From: Psammoneis japonica
Lineage: Eukaryota
NCBI GenBank assembly: GCA_008632985.1
Contig: QPGO01000164.1
Span: 62,001 to 126,000, forward strand
Length of the DNA stretch: 64,000 nucleotides
Direction of reading: 5' to 3'
In this document: positions 38,300 through 50,055 of the stretch, piece after piece
Layout: each line of letters starts with the position of its first letter
How positions within the stretch are numbered: the stretch's first letter is position 1
Program-made: the position numbers and the translations under genes
The notes under the pieces: model-generated
What the model was told of the DNA's origin: nothing
Seen by the model: only the letters and a program-made list of their open reading frames with translations
The model's database searches: none

Positions 38300-40190
38300 A
38301 AAATCTCGACCGCTCCTCAACAGACAAGGCCCTGCAACGAGGACTTGACCATGCTGGATGAAAATGGCTTGGGGTGTCCCTCCTTGGTCGGTGCTTTGTT
38401 TTCACTTGATGCTAAATGGCACTGTGCAAAAGAGTTCTCAAAAAGCGAACAATTGGCTCCGCTGTGCACAGCAGACATCAGCTGGTGGTCTGCTGACTCG
38501 CCCATTCTTGCGTCGCTTTGTGGTCATGGCAACACAGCTGAAATTCTTTGTTTCCCAAAAAGTGTCCAACTGTGAACAAATGAGCAGATTGCCAAGTTCT
38601 TCCTTTTCAGATCAGAAGCCTGGGGGAGAGCTTGTGCTCCCTGTTCTTGGCCATCATCAACAGCCTCAGAGGGCTTGCTGGTGAGCTCTTGTCCAGAGCG
38701 CTTGGCATTTGTCATCACCAGAGCTGTGGAACTGATGCACCAACTTTAAATTGGATCTCATAAAGCTTCTCTAACTCAGCTTCCAAGTTGGCACATTTCC
38801 AAACCTCTTGTTTGTGAGCCAAGCAGCCTCTGCTTTGGTGGGGCAACAAGCAGCAGAGCCACTTGCAGTCATGCGCAGCCCCCCGGCCATCAACGGGTCT
38901 TGCTTGTGACAGCCATGAATGAATGTGAATGTTGCCAAGTTTCCTGTCAGATCAGAAGCTTGGCCAAGAGTTTGCTCCTTGCTTGGTGCTTGGCCATTGT
39001 TTTGGCCTGAGCTTGCTCAGCTTGTCCAGTGTTTGATGCTTGTGCTTGGACTTTGTCGTCATGGAGCTCTGCAGAGCTTCTTGTGCACCAACTTGACATG
39101 GGATGTGTCAAAGTTTACCTGACTTGGCTCTCCAGATGGCACATCTCCAAGTTCTTGTGCATGTGCACCAAAGAGCCTGTTTTGGGGGAAAGTGGATGTC
39201 CATGTGTCACCCTGTTGTGCAAACCTGGCACACAGTCAACCTTGTTTGTGGTGCCAAAGGCAGCTGCTGTCAGTCAGTCTGTCCATCCACATCAGAGCGT
39301 CAACTTTTTGGTGCGTCAATTGAAATGTTGTCTGATCAAAGGTGTTGCTCTTTGCCGTGCAAATCAAGCACCTTTGATCAGATGGCATTTCAATTGAGTT
39401 CCCGCAAATTGCTGGCAGCTCCAATCACTCCATCTCTAATCACATTGTGCACATTTCTGCATGATTTTGCATGTTTTTCCTTGCGCAAATTGTCAATTGT
39501 GGCTGACACGATGTTCAAATGATTTCTGTTGCACCAAACAAAACACAAGGGGCAAAGTGTGCCTCCAACATGCAGCAACCAGAAAGCTGAGCACTTTGGC
39601 TGACCACCACACCTGGTGTGCTTGAGTGCACAAATCACAACTCAAAACCAGCATGGCTGTGCCACCCAAGCCATGTCTTTGCTGTTCTTTCCTCTCACAG
39701 GCCTTTCCTTGCACTTGTTTGCTTTTCTCATGTGAAGGCCAATGCATCCCATCTGACCTTTTCAGCCTTGTGTGTCTCAACACAAGCTTTGGCTGCCCAT
39801 TTTCTTGCTCAGCAACCCAGTCAAATGAAGGCAGATGGGAGCAGAAAATAGAAAGCTGATTTCCAAGATGGAGTGGGAGAAGCAAGAATGCCCTGGTGCC
39901 TCATGAGAGCCAAACAAGAGTTGGCAGGTGCGGAGCCCACCCAAGCAAGCCCAGATGATCACAATTGTCTCCACCGGTGGAGCAGAGTGCATGGATGTCC
40001 GTTGGAAAAAAAAAACAGCAGAGTTTGTTTTGTTGAGCACAAACGACAGAACCAAGCGTGCAGTGTGTTTTGAAACATGCAAAGTATTTTAGTGGAATAA
40101 TTGTGCAATTTTTTATGGACACAGAAAATGTGGCTTAAAATGCCTCAAGACACAAACAAGAAACAGCATGGGACCGATGGCTGTTGTAAG
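38300..40190. mobile_element. Hypermutated repeat block
   Basis: TpA/CpG depleted. Segment 39270-39510 is homologous to 56105-56345, part of the non-autonomous TIR element. Confidence 0.6.
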
Positions 40191-40211
40191 CCATTCACAA
40201 TTAAACACGAA

Positions 40212-42404
40212 TCAGTTAAAAACTGTCCAGCCGTACACCGTGCCAGAGTCTTGGGCGAAATAGAGAGTTGTGCCATCTGGGCTGAGTGACATCTCGGCAG
40301 TCACTGCGTCACCAAATCCAAGGGATATCGCAAAGTAGTCTACACCGTCAGCCGTCTGAGTGGAGTGGATAATGGCAGGGTCAGACTCGGCAAAGAAGAC
40401 TGCACTCTCGTCATGAGAAAGCACAGCTCGCGTCAGCACAAGCGAGCCCAAACCCTTGCTCCACCGCTCGTCCAACGTCGGGACATCGGCGACAAGGGCG
40501 GCGAAGACAGGAGATGCCATACCAATGTAGAGCGAAGTTGCAGCTTCATTCACAGTAGGGGTATTAGGAGGATCGAGGGACCTCGGGTTGCCACGGCCAT
40601 ACGGTTCGTTGCTTGACCCAATGGCAGCTTCATCCCAACGGCCACGAAGCAGATGGCTGGGGATCCAGCAGCGAAAGGAGTTACGTGCGATTCCGTAGTA
40701 TTGACGAAGGCCATTGGCGGCAATGGCGGGTGGGTTCCTCGAGAGCCAACCAGTTCCAGAAAGATATTTGACCGCAAAGCCAGTGGTGTCATCCCCGGAG
40801 ACAAAGTTGACCGGAAGCTGAAAGGCAAAGGTTTGTCCTCCTCCAATGTCGAATGGAATTACCGTGGCCGCCCAGGCAAGAATGTCATTCGTGTTGTCCA
40901 GGCCCTGGGCGTTGTTAAGAGCGGGATCAAACCCACCAATGTAATTGCCATAAGCGGGGTTGTGATAAATGGCGGGTGCAGTGTACGCCAAGGTACCGTT
41001 GAGGTTTGTCTCGGTGTAAAAGATTGCACCGCCGTCGGAGGCATCAAGGACCGTGAAAGATCCAACGGCGCCATTGTTGTGGGTCAAGTACACAAAGTCA
41101 CCAAGAGCCGAGATGACAGGAGTACCTTCGGCAACTCCACGGACTTCTGTGGCCCAAAGCACTGCACCGTCCGGGTGCGAAATCGCGGCGGTGTATCTGC
41201 GAGGAGTGAAAAGTACCAAATGTCAGATCTCTAATCTCATATCAACACACGCGCAACACATTCTTATAGTGCATCTGGCGAGCACAAGCAAAAGGGCATG
41301 ATGGACATAATTACACATGCAAACGCATGATAAAGTTGAAAGCGTATGCTTTAACACGATTATCAGGATACAGCATACAAGCAAAACGCCTACTCAACCA
41401 TCACAACAAGTATATAGAAAATGACTGGACAGCAACAACAAGATTGTTCGAAAGCGAAGAATGACTTACGTGTTACCAGCATCCATAATGACAGAGTAGA
41501 CAAGGAAGGCATCAGCACCAGTCGCACCATCGTGGATGAAAACTCCACTCTGACAAGTGTGCCGGGTTCCACCTGTGAAGGATCCGGGGCTGATTGGAAA
41601 TCCATCCAGAGACTCACCGGTCTCAGGGTCGAGTCCATCCAAAGTACCATCGGTACGAGTGACGTAAAGCACCGCGTTGTCGGGAGAAACCGTCACAGCA
41701 TTCTTGCCACCAACCGCACGGCCTCCCACAGCGAACTTTTCCCAAGGTTCCTTAAGAAATTCAAATGCACGAGGGGTTGGGCTTGGCGTTGGCGACTGAG
41801 TTGTCGGCGGCGAAGTAGATTGAGGAGTAGGGCTTTGCGTTGACGTTGATGGAGGTGAAGTAGGCTTGGTTGGAGGCAAAGTGGGACTGTTTCCGCTGTC
41901 AGAGCCTTTAGAATGGGAGACAGCAAGTGGAATTGATACCGCCAAGACCACCACCAGTGCGCATACTCCCAAAGCAATTAAACGATTACGCTTCTTGCTA
42001 CCACCACTGTCGACATCCGAAGCGCGCTCTTCCTCCTCTTCATGTTGCTGGCGTTGCCGACGAGGCTCCTCTTCGTCCACTCCACCAACGGGCATCGCTT
42101 CCGCAGCCTCAACAAATCGAAGGAGTTCGATCTGCGCTTGCATACGTTCGTTTTGTGCTTCAAGATAGTCCATTCGTGCTTGTACATCAGCAACAGAAGG
42201 TTCCTCTCGACGCTCCTCTCCATGGCTTGTGCGACGGTGTCCACGCCATGTTACTGGTGGCACTTTTTCATCATCAGTAGGAAGCTGGCATGAGATATGG
42301 TCTTGTACAGGGGTTGGAGGTTGCAACGACGGAAAATCATCGCCATCTTCGTCATCACAACTAATGGCCGAAGCTCTATCTTGGTCTTCTGGGTCGCCGT
42401 CCAT
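40212..42404 (-). CDS. Type II membrane protein with Pro/Thr stalk and PQQ-like beta-propeller (paralogue A)
   Basis: ATG 42404, TM LIALGVCALVVVLAVSIPLAV, PT linker, intron 41469-41197 joining NT|YTAAISHPDG, propeller-like VSPDNAVLYV and LSPDGTTLYF..GTVYGW. Confidence 0.75.
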
Positions 42405-43819
42405 GGTCGTGTTGCTGATATACACAATCTTCTGCTGGGTTTCGTCCTCTCGCTTTTCAGTCCTTCTTTTTGTATGGAGCAAAACAACCGCACTCTTCCT
42501 TCTTTTGGTTTGTATGGAGCAAAACAACCACACTTCTGGGAAATGAGATGCGCGACTCGCAGTCGCGTATTCACAAAACTTCTTTGCGACCTCGAGCAGG
42601 CTGCAATGAAAACATTATGTAGGCAAAGCTAGAGGTTGCAAAAATCAACGCAACGCAGACGCAAAACCATCATTTTTACGAAAATGGGGCAGGCAAAGAA
42701 TCAGCGTCGCGTGCTAGTTGATGTGGGCCAAGTAGTGAATGACATTTGGGCGTCGAACACGTCACAGCTCGCCAACCGACTCAATGTTCTCCGCATTTCA
42801 GTGTGGATGCAAAATCTAACTCAACGAGAATAATGAGCGCAAAGCAATGTGGTATTTCTGACTTTGGCGACAAGGTAAATTCAAAATGGAGGCAAGGCAA
42901 AAAGAATTTTATGTCGAACTTCAGCCCAAGCACGAAAATCGTCGTCACATCTTTCACGGCACACAAGAACGTCCTCCACAGTTGAACCCAACAATGAGAT
43001 GCAATGGAGAGTGTTGCACATCCAACAGTGGCCATGCTGCCAGCTAGGATGCTGCAGCGGGCGAGGCTCATAGCTACAACCGCACAGCTTCAGAAGCCCA
43101 TCATACCTGTCGTCCGTCCTTACGCGCTCACATATGGCATACTTTATCATGAGCTATAGCTAGCACGCTCTACTTACGGAGCTCTTCGTATCTCTTAGCT
43201 ACTCTAGAGTAGAGAGGGCTAGCTAGAGAGCTCTCTAGAGCTAGCTAGGCGGACGACTGCTACCGGTAAACTAGTAGCTAGTCGTAGCTAGATAGAGCAG
43301 AGAGTTGCGATTGAGATACCCTAAAGCAGCCTAAAGAGATGGCACACCAGTAAATTCTGGAAAATGGGTCGGGATTTCGTAAGTTCGATCTTTCGGCAGG
43401 TGAAGATACATAGCAGGTGCACAGTGCTCTGTGCCACACCCCCACACGATTGCTGGTGCTGGTGAGATTTTGACTATAAGACCTCTCCTAGAGCGCTTAC
43501 AAAGCTAATTTTTTCAGCAAGTAGGCCCCATCATGACATGCCTCTCAGACAGCAACCAGATCCTTTCTTAGTCCATCTGGCAGAGAAAAAATAAGCCCTT
43601 TCATCCCGGGTAGTTATGACGCGCCTCTACATTGCACAATTTATCAAATGCTTTTTACTTCACGTATCCCCCTGACCCCTGCTATGCTACAACACCCCCG
43701 TCGTGTCATTATTCGCACCAAAATAATTGGCAAAGTCCATACAGTCAAGAAGTGAGCGGAACGTGGACTCTACTCTGTAGCATCATTTCTTTTTCGACGA
43801 GCTCGCTTCTGAGGTTTGG

Positions 43820-45309
43820 CACCTATCCTGAGACAGCGGAATAGGGTTTCTCTTGCTCTTCTTTGTCAACTCCCGTTTGTTGCACAGCCTGCGGTTTCTC
43901 TTTACTGTTCAATGTCGCTTGAGCAGCCGCAACTGGCAATCCCTTGTTGTTGGGTAGCTGCTGAGCGATTGCAGGGCGCTTCAGCTGCTTGTTCAATGCC
44001 ATCATTGTAGCAGCTACGTACGGATTATTTTGCATGTTAAAAGCCTGAGGAGGACCGCAAGAGGTCTAACTGATGGCTTGTTGAATGGCATCGGAGGAGG
44101 AGGAGCTCCAGGCGGTTTGTGTAGCCTGTTGAGCGGCAACGGGGGGTGCGGAAACGGTCTCGTCCCGAACGCCGGAGGAGGAGCAAGATTTCTATTTGGA
44201 TTCCCGATAGGGCCCAACGGCCTCTGCACAAACGGTTTCTTGCCCCCCAGAGCCATTGCAGGAGGCGATTTTCCGACAAGAGCAGTTGAAGGATGCGGCT
44301 TTGCGCCCACAGCAATTGCAGAAGGCGGCTTTCCACCAAGTGCACCTGTGGGAGGCGGCTTTCTACCCACAGCAACTGAGGCAGGCGGTTTTCCGCCAAG
44401 AGCACCAGGAGGCGGATTTCTGACAAAAGCAGTTGCGGGAGGCGGTTTTCCATCAAGAGCACCTGTTGTGGGAAGCGCTTTCCTCCCACAGCAATGGAGG
44501 CAGGCGATTTTCCATCAAGAGCAATTGTGGGATCCCTTTTGTATCAACCATCCTCTGAAGATACGTGTACGGTTTCACAATTCTTTCAAACGCCCTCTGA
44601 GCCAATAACGGATCGCTTTTTCTTTCTTCTTGGGAGATTTCTGAGCAGATGCATGGGGCTTCACGTTTTTTACCCCAGGAGCATTCTTCTTATACGGCTT
44701 TGATACCAAAATATGTTCACTCAGCTCTTCTTGCCTGGCGATTCCTATCCGTTTCAATCGCTTAATCTCGTCCTCGAGTGACTGAATATTTTTCTTTAGC
44801 CGTTCTTCCCGTCTGCGACTGGCGTTTAGATCGGTTCGTATTTCTTGTATGGTTTCATGAATGACATCTCCCGACATGAGGTCCAATGCTTCTGCCTTGC
44901 ATCGCATCTTTGAATTGGCCTTTTTCGTCGCAATGCGTCTCACCACTTTTCGGAGCTCGCCCGCCGCTTTCTTGAGGTCGGAGCAAGGACCACACAGAGT
45001 GTACCAAATTGCCGGATCATGCTCATGGAATCTCCTGATTCCCGTGCAATTCTTTGCGCGAAGATTATACGTCAAATCTGGCTCTACCGATATTTCCATC
45101 TTGTCTGCATCAGGAACGGTCGAAAAGTATTTTGCAAGCGGAATCGTTTCACCAGCAGCGAGCGAGCGGGGTTCTTCTGAAACGTACTCTTTGAGAGATG
45201 CAGCAATTAGACCGTAATCCGGTTCTCCAAGTTCTCGTCCGACGCAATCATCACTATCTGTTAATTTCATTTTCTTTCGTGGCGGTGTTTCACTGGTATT
45301 ACCGCCCAT
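43820..45309 (-). CDS. Hypothetical coiled-coil protein followed by Gly/Pro-rich 11-aa repeats; frameshifted, exon structure uncertain
   Basis: ORF 44575-45372 (PPRKKMK NLS-like, coiled coil) and ORF 44014-44370 (GGKPP repeats) on the same strand. Confidence 0.35.
44240..44530. repeat. Degenerate 33-bp minisatellite (about 8 units, encodes xGGKPPxxxAx on the minus strand)
   Basis: Recurring ggaggcggctttcc...agc units. Confidence 0.8.
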
Positions 45310-46001
45310 CGTGGCCAGAGCCGAGATGGACCAATGTTGACTCTGAAGGGAATCGCACATCGCACGGCGCACGGCAGAACGAAAAAAACAAGTCAGTGTG
45401 CAATTCCGTAAGCTTCAAAATTTAGTACAAAACACTTCAGTGATGCCAACGGAATTTAACATCTCAACAATAGGCGTGACAACTGACAACTCTATCGTCA
45501 AGCTTACCATCGTCGAGGGTCTTTGTCACTGGAGATAGAGTTTGTGCGGGAGGGTTGAGTTGTCGGTGAGATGGGTGTGTGGTGTTTGTTTGATTCTGTT
45601 CACCATTTTTTTTTGTTTTACTACAAGTAGAGTAGTTTTGTACCGTAGACAAAATGACTTCTGCAAGCAGGATTTGTACAGAGAAATTGGTATTGAAGTA
45701 CGCAACCGTTTAGTAAATACCACACCGACGTATGTACATTGCAATACAAAATTACGACAAATGTTAGTATCGCAAGAAGATAGGATGTTTCTTAGTATAA
45801 AAAGTGTCTCAATTACGTATTCAACAATTCCTACTACTAAGGACAGAGGTCTTTTTCCTATCTGAGGGCTGTATCGAAAGGTCATAGACTGAACTGAATT
45901 TTTAACCTAAATTGACATGTTCAACCTCAATGTGATACTTATGAATACGTAGAATCCGTACTGTTTCAAAATCTATTCATCAACACATAATATAAATGGG
46001 C

Positions 46002-46102
46002 CGCTCCGGGAAACAAAAAACATAAATTTTGATCATTAATTATTACTCAGTGCTAGATATAATTTATCATCATAAATTTATGTCTTCATGTTTTCCGGAG
46101 CG
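46002..46102. repeat. 101-bp AT-rich foldback inverted repeat
   Basis: cgctccgggaaacaaaaaacataaattttgatcattaattat pairs imperfectly with ataatttatcatcataaatttatgtcttcatgttttccggagcg around a loop of about 15 nt. Confidence 0.7.
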
Positions 46103-46319
46103 TTATGTACCTATCGTGCTACCTGTAGCTCTGATTATGGCCCAACATTGTAAAAGAGCCCGGATGCCAGAGTGGACACAATCGTCGATCGAATGAGGGA
46201 AAGTGAGTTACAGTAGAGGTATTGTCTACGGTATACGAGCACTCCATAGCGCAAGCTTCACATCGCTAAGAAGAGGTAGGCGTCAGAACTCGTTTTCAGT
46301 TCTTTCTAACCGCAACAAA

Positions 46320-48098
46320 ATGGGCAAGGAAGCAGAAGATGGATCATCTCCTTCAAGGACGACCGGGGATGACTGCTTCTCCGAGAATGAAGAGGTAGGC
46401 AAGTTAGAGATGCCGTCCCACCAGAGCAGTCGGATGCTCGAGCGGAAGCGCTCTGTGTCTGAGATCGCGGAATCGGATTCTTCTGGACGTTTCACGTCCC
46501 CCAAGTGGCTGAGTTGGATTGAGTATCCTTTTCGCGTCAAGTGTCCCAGTTCTGGCGCCCAGTTGAAGGAAGCGACTGGATGGTCGATGGACGCAGTCGG
46601 TAGGGGCGTTATCAACCAACTAGGTGGCTTTATAGCCCCCGCCATTTTGCGCTCGGCCTTTGTTGAAGCTGAGTGCAAAAGCAGTGACTGCACCAACACG
46701 GTGTACGGACTCAAGCCGTCATCTCTGCTTACATGTACGTAAGGGGTGTGGTGTGTGCGTGTTTGCCTCATTCATCTTATGTCGTCAATGGAAACACGAT
46801 TTCAATCGCCGTTGTTTATTCTCTCCACAGTCACTGCTTCCATGGTTGGAATCATCGCTGCGGTCCTGTTGCCGTTTGTGGGAGCCATTGTTGATCACAC
46901 TCGTCATCGCAAGACTTTGGGATGGGTATCAGGTGGAATCCTCGTTGTTGTTACAGGAATACAGATAAGCATTTCTCAAGAGAATTGGTTCTTCATTCTT
47001 ATCCTGGAAGCCATCGGTGCCTTTTTCGCGCTCGTTCATATTGTGGTCGTATTCGCGTATCTATCGGACATGACGACCCTCGAGAGTGATCTTGCACACT
47101 TGACAAGCAGATTCAACATGAATCAATATACTGGCCAGTTCCTCTTTGTCCTGACTATCATCATCATTACGTTGATCGAAGACGCCAACGTAACCGTTGA
47201 GAGCACTATCAATACTGCTCGCCAAGCCGCCATTATTGCATTTGCAATTGGTTTCATTACTATTCCCTACGCCTGGATCTTTCTCTTTCGCAAGCGTTCC
47301 GCCTTGTCAGAAGTGCCAGAGGGAAGCAACCTATTAACTGCTGGATTTGTGAAAGTTGGAAGGACCTCCAAGACCATCTGGAAGAAATACCATGCACTCA
47401 AGTGGTTCATGATTTCTCTCTTGATCAGTCCAGAGTCGGGCGCCGGCAGTATACTCACCATTATGTCGACGTACGCAGTTGTCTTTCTGGGACTCTCTTC
47501 CCGAGAGATCGGATATGCCACATTGGCATTCCAGTTTGGCACCCTTCCAGGGGCGATGATTGCCAAATGGTTGTGTGCCAAGATCAATCCGCTCAACACC
47601 TATAGGCTTAGTCTCTTTTTGTTGGGGCTTTTCGCTTTTGGGACCTTCATGACGCTTACGTCAGCCGACCGCAAGAACGGATTTTACCCATGGATCTTAT
47701 TCTGGGGATTCTTCGTTGGGGGCATCTATCCTTCGCAGCGAGTGCTTTTATGCACCCTCATCCCCAAGGGCCAGGAAACGGAAATGATGGGATTGTTCAC
47801 TTTTTGTGGACAAATCTTGGGTTGGCTGCCACCCGTTCTTTTCACAGCCATGAATCAGCGCGGAGTCAGCATGCAATGGTCTGCGATGGTCATTCCCGCT
47901 ATTTGCATTGGAGCTGTACTACTCACACTTCCGATGGGTTCCTACCAGAATGCGGTGCGTGTAGTGGGAATTGGAGATAAAGTGGAAGTGGAAGGCGGAG
48001 CCGACAATGAGGTGGAGAAATCTCGTGGCACAACGGATTCGTCAGATGAAGAGATTGGAGGCTTATCCACAGAGCGTGAAGCAGCCCCTAGTTGTTAG
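46320..48098 (+). CDS. MFS transporter, ATG22/UMF1-like, 2 exons
   Basis: EATGWSMD, LPFVGAIVDHTRHRK, about 12 hydrophobic segments, LIPKGQETEMMGLF. Intron 46735-46830 (gtacgt...ccacag). Confidence 0.85.
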
Positions 48099-48565
48099 AT
48101 GAGGCAGAGCTACATAGGGCCCTATGCATGTGTATCTTGTACGCGAAGCCGCTCCTTGTCGTTAGGTGGGACAGAGCAGAGCATGTGTGTCTTGCGTGTT
48201 ACTTTAGAAAATAGACTTGACCCTCGTAGCATTATTGATTACCGATAGTTCATAAGGGCAATATGTTTCAACCTTGCTTTTGCGTACATTTGTTTCGAAG
48301 GATTCTTCGTCTCGGATAGTAGCATGAGTTCAAGCAAGAGCAGAAACAGCGCTTTCCTCAAAACGGCACAGTGCTATCGGTGAATAAGTTCACTGTAGGA
48401 CTCTGTCGGTAAGGACAGCGCGCCCTTCTCGAAAGGTGTGACTTGAATGTTTTCTCTTGAGCACTGCAGGTGCTAGTTCCGTTTGCGTTCTCGAGGACGT
48501 CACATTTTTCTCTTAATCATGAGAAAGAGCTGTCTGGCTTATTGTAGCTCGGTCGGTCTCAATTC

Positions 48566-49093
48566 TCAATCGTCTCTAAACTCCTCTGGATAGTCAAAGC
48601 GATCACGCCAACGAATGTCCAAAAATGCAGTCACAAAAGAAAACCCACCAATCACTAGCTCTACCGTTTTGGCTTCCGGAATGGGCATTGGTACTCCTTG
48701 AGGTGCGGAAACTAGCATGGACAAGACGAGCGTCACTGCGGCTATTGCTCCCGGAACGCGGCGATCCACAATGGTGTGTCGTTTTGGGTCTGCGGGAAGC
48801 CACTTTTTTGCGGTTGCAAATGCTGCAGCCAGCGACAACACGACAAACACGCCACCAAACACAACGTCTCGTGTTGCACCGGCAGCCACAAAGGAGAGAA
48901 ATCCAAAACAATCATCCTTGTATTCATAGTTTTGCGGAGTTGCATGAACCATCACTGACGCTGCTGTCTTTTGGGGCAAATTGTGGTGGCGATTCAAGGT
49001 TGACGCCGAAACGGATGCCACTGGACAAAAGGCGGCTGCTTCAAAAGTGACCAGTAGAAGGGAGATTGCAGCAATGATTGCTTGTATTCTCAT
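48566..49093 (-). CDS. Hypothetical plastid-targeted membrane protein
   Basis: Signal peptide ending AAA-FCP (ASAFAP-like), Ser/Thr-rich transit region, 3-4 hydrophobic segments. Confidence 0.6.
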   Translation of the reverse strand: MRIQAIIAAISLLLVTFEAAAFCPVASVSASTLNRHHNLPQKTAASVMVHATPQNYEYKDDCFGFLSFVAAGATRDVVFGGVFVVLSLAAAFATAKKWLPADPKRHTIVDRRVPGAIAAVTLVLSMLVSAPQGVPMPIPEAKTVELVIGGFSFVTAFLDIRWRDRFDYPEEFRDD

Positions 49094-49167
49094 TTTAGTG
49101 CCCTTGTTCTACCGTATTGCTTTGTGCTTTGCGCTGTCTTTGTTATTGTTTGATGGTGTTTTTGGCG

Positions 49168-49383
49168 ATATTGGGGGAAGTCTCCAGCCAGCTGCTGGCT
49201 GAAGAATCTTGTGTAGAATTTATACTGAAAGAGTCTGTCAATCTGTGCGTTAGGGTGTTTTGGTGAACGCTGGACAGACTCGTCGTCATTCGCGCATGTA
49301 AAAATTCTACTGGCAAAACCCCCGAACGCACTGACGAGCAGACTTTTTTCAGCCAGCAGCTGGCTGGAGACTTCCCCCAATAT
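49168..49383. mobile_element. MITE-like element with a perfect 36-bp inverted repeat
   Basis: atattgggggaagtctccagccagctgctggctgaa (49168-49203) is the exact reverse complement of 49348-49383. The outer ATAT or TA may be the TSD. Confidence 0.75.
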
Positions 49384-50055
49384 TGTTGAAGGTATCTTTC
49401 TGGCTGGGATTTTGACATTTTCATCGAATTTTTATTCAGAAATTGAGCTGTGAAAAGTTTCGAAAAACGAAAATTGCAAAAAGATTACAATTTTGTTGTT
49501 GCATGATGAGTGATGAGCGCGTCGCGTCAATAACGCTGATGGTTGTTATGAGCGCGGCAATGATGGACTGTTGACCTTCGATGCTCTCTTCTTTCAACGT
49601 TGTCTGCTGTCCACAGTGTCACGGTGTTTTGTGCCTCATGTGAAACTCGCTTCAAAACTTCGAGCTGCGTTGACATGCCCGCGCCGAATCACAAATAATG
49701 AGACAAATGACACCAAAATGATTGCTCGTGTTCTGATATGATAGATCAGAAACAACAGAGTGGGACAAGATTTGGCACGATCGATTATTGATGACTTTTG
49801 GTTGCTATGATATAACTCTTCCTCTCTACTACCGGTAGCTAGCTAGAGCGAGTATGATAGGCATGGCAATTCCATTGAGGCGTGGCCTCGAGGTCACAAA
49901 GGAAGTTTTGCGATTACGCGACTACGAGGTCGTGCTACGGGAAAGATAGAGTTCGCATTTCCCAGAGAGTGGTCGCATTTTGCTTCCTTTTTGCATTTTT
50001 GCATCGAGAGGGGGGAAACCCATCAGAAGATTGTCGCTGCACCAGCAACGTAACC

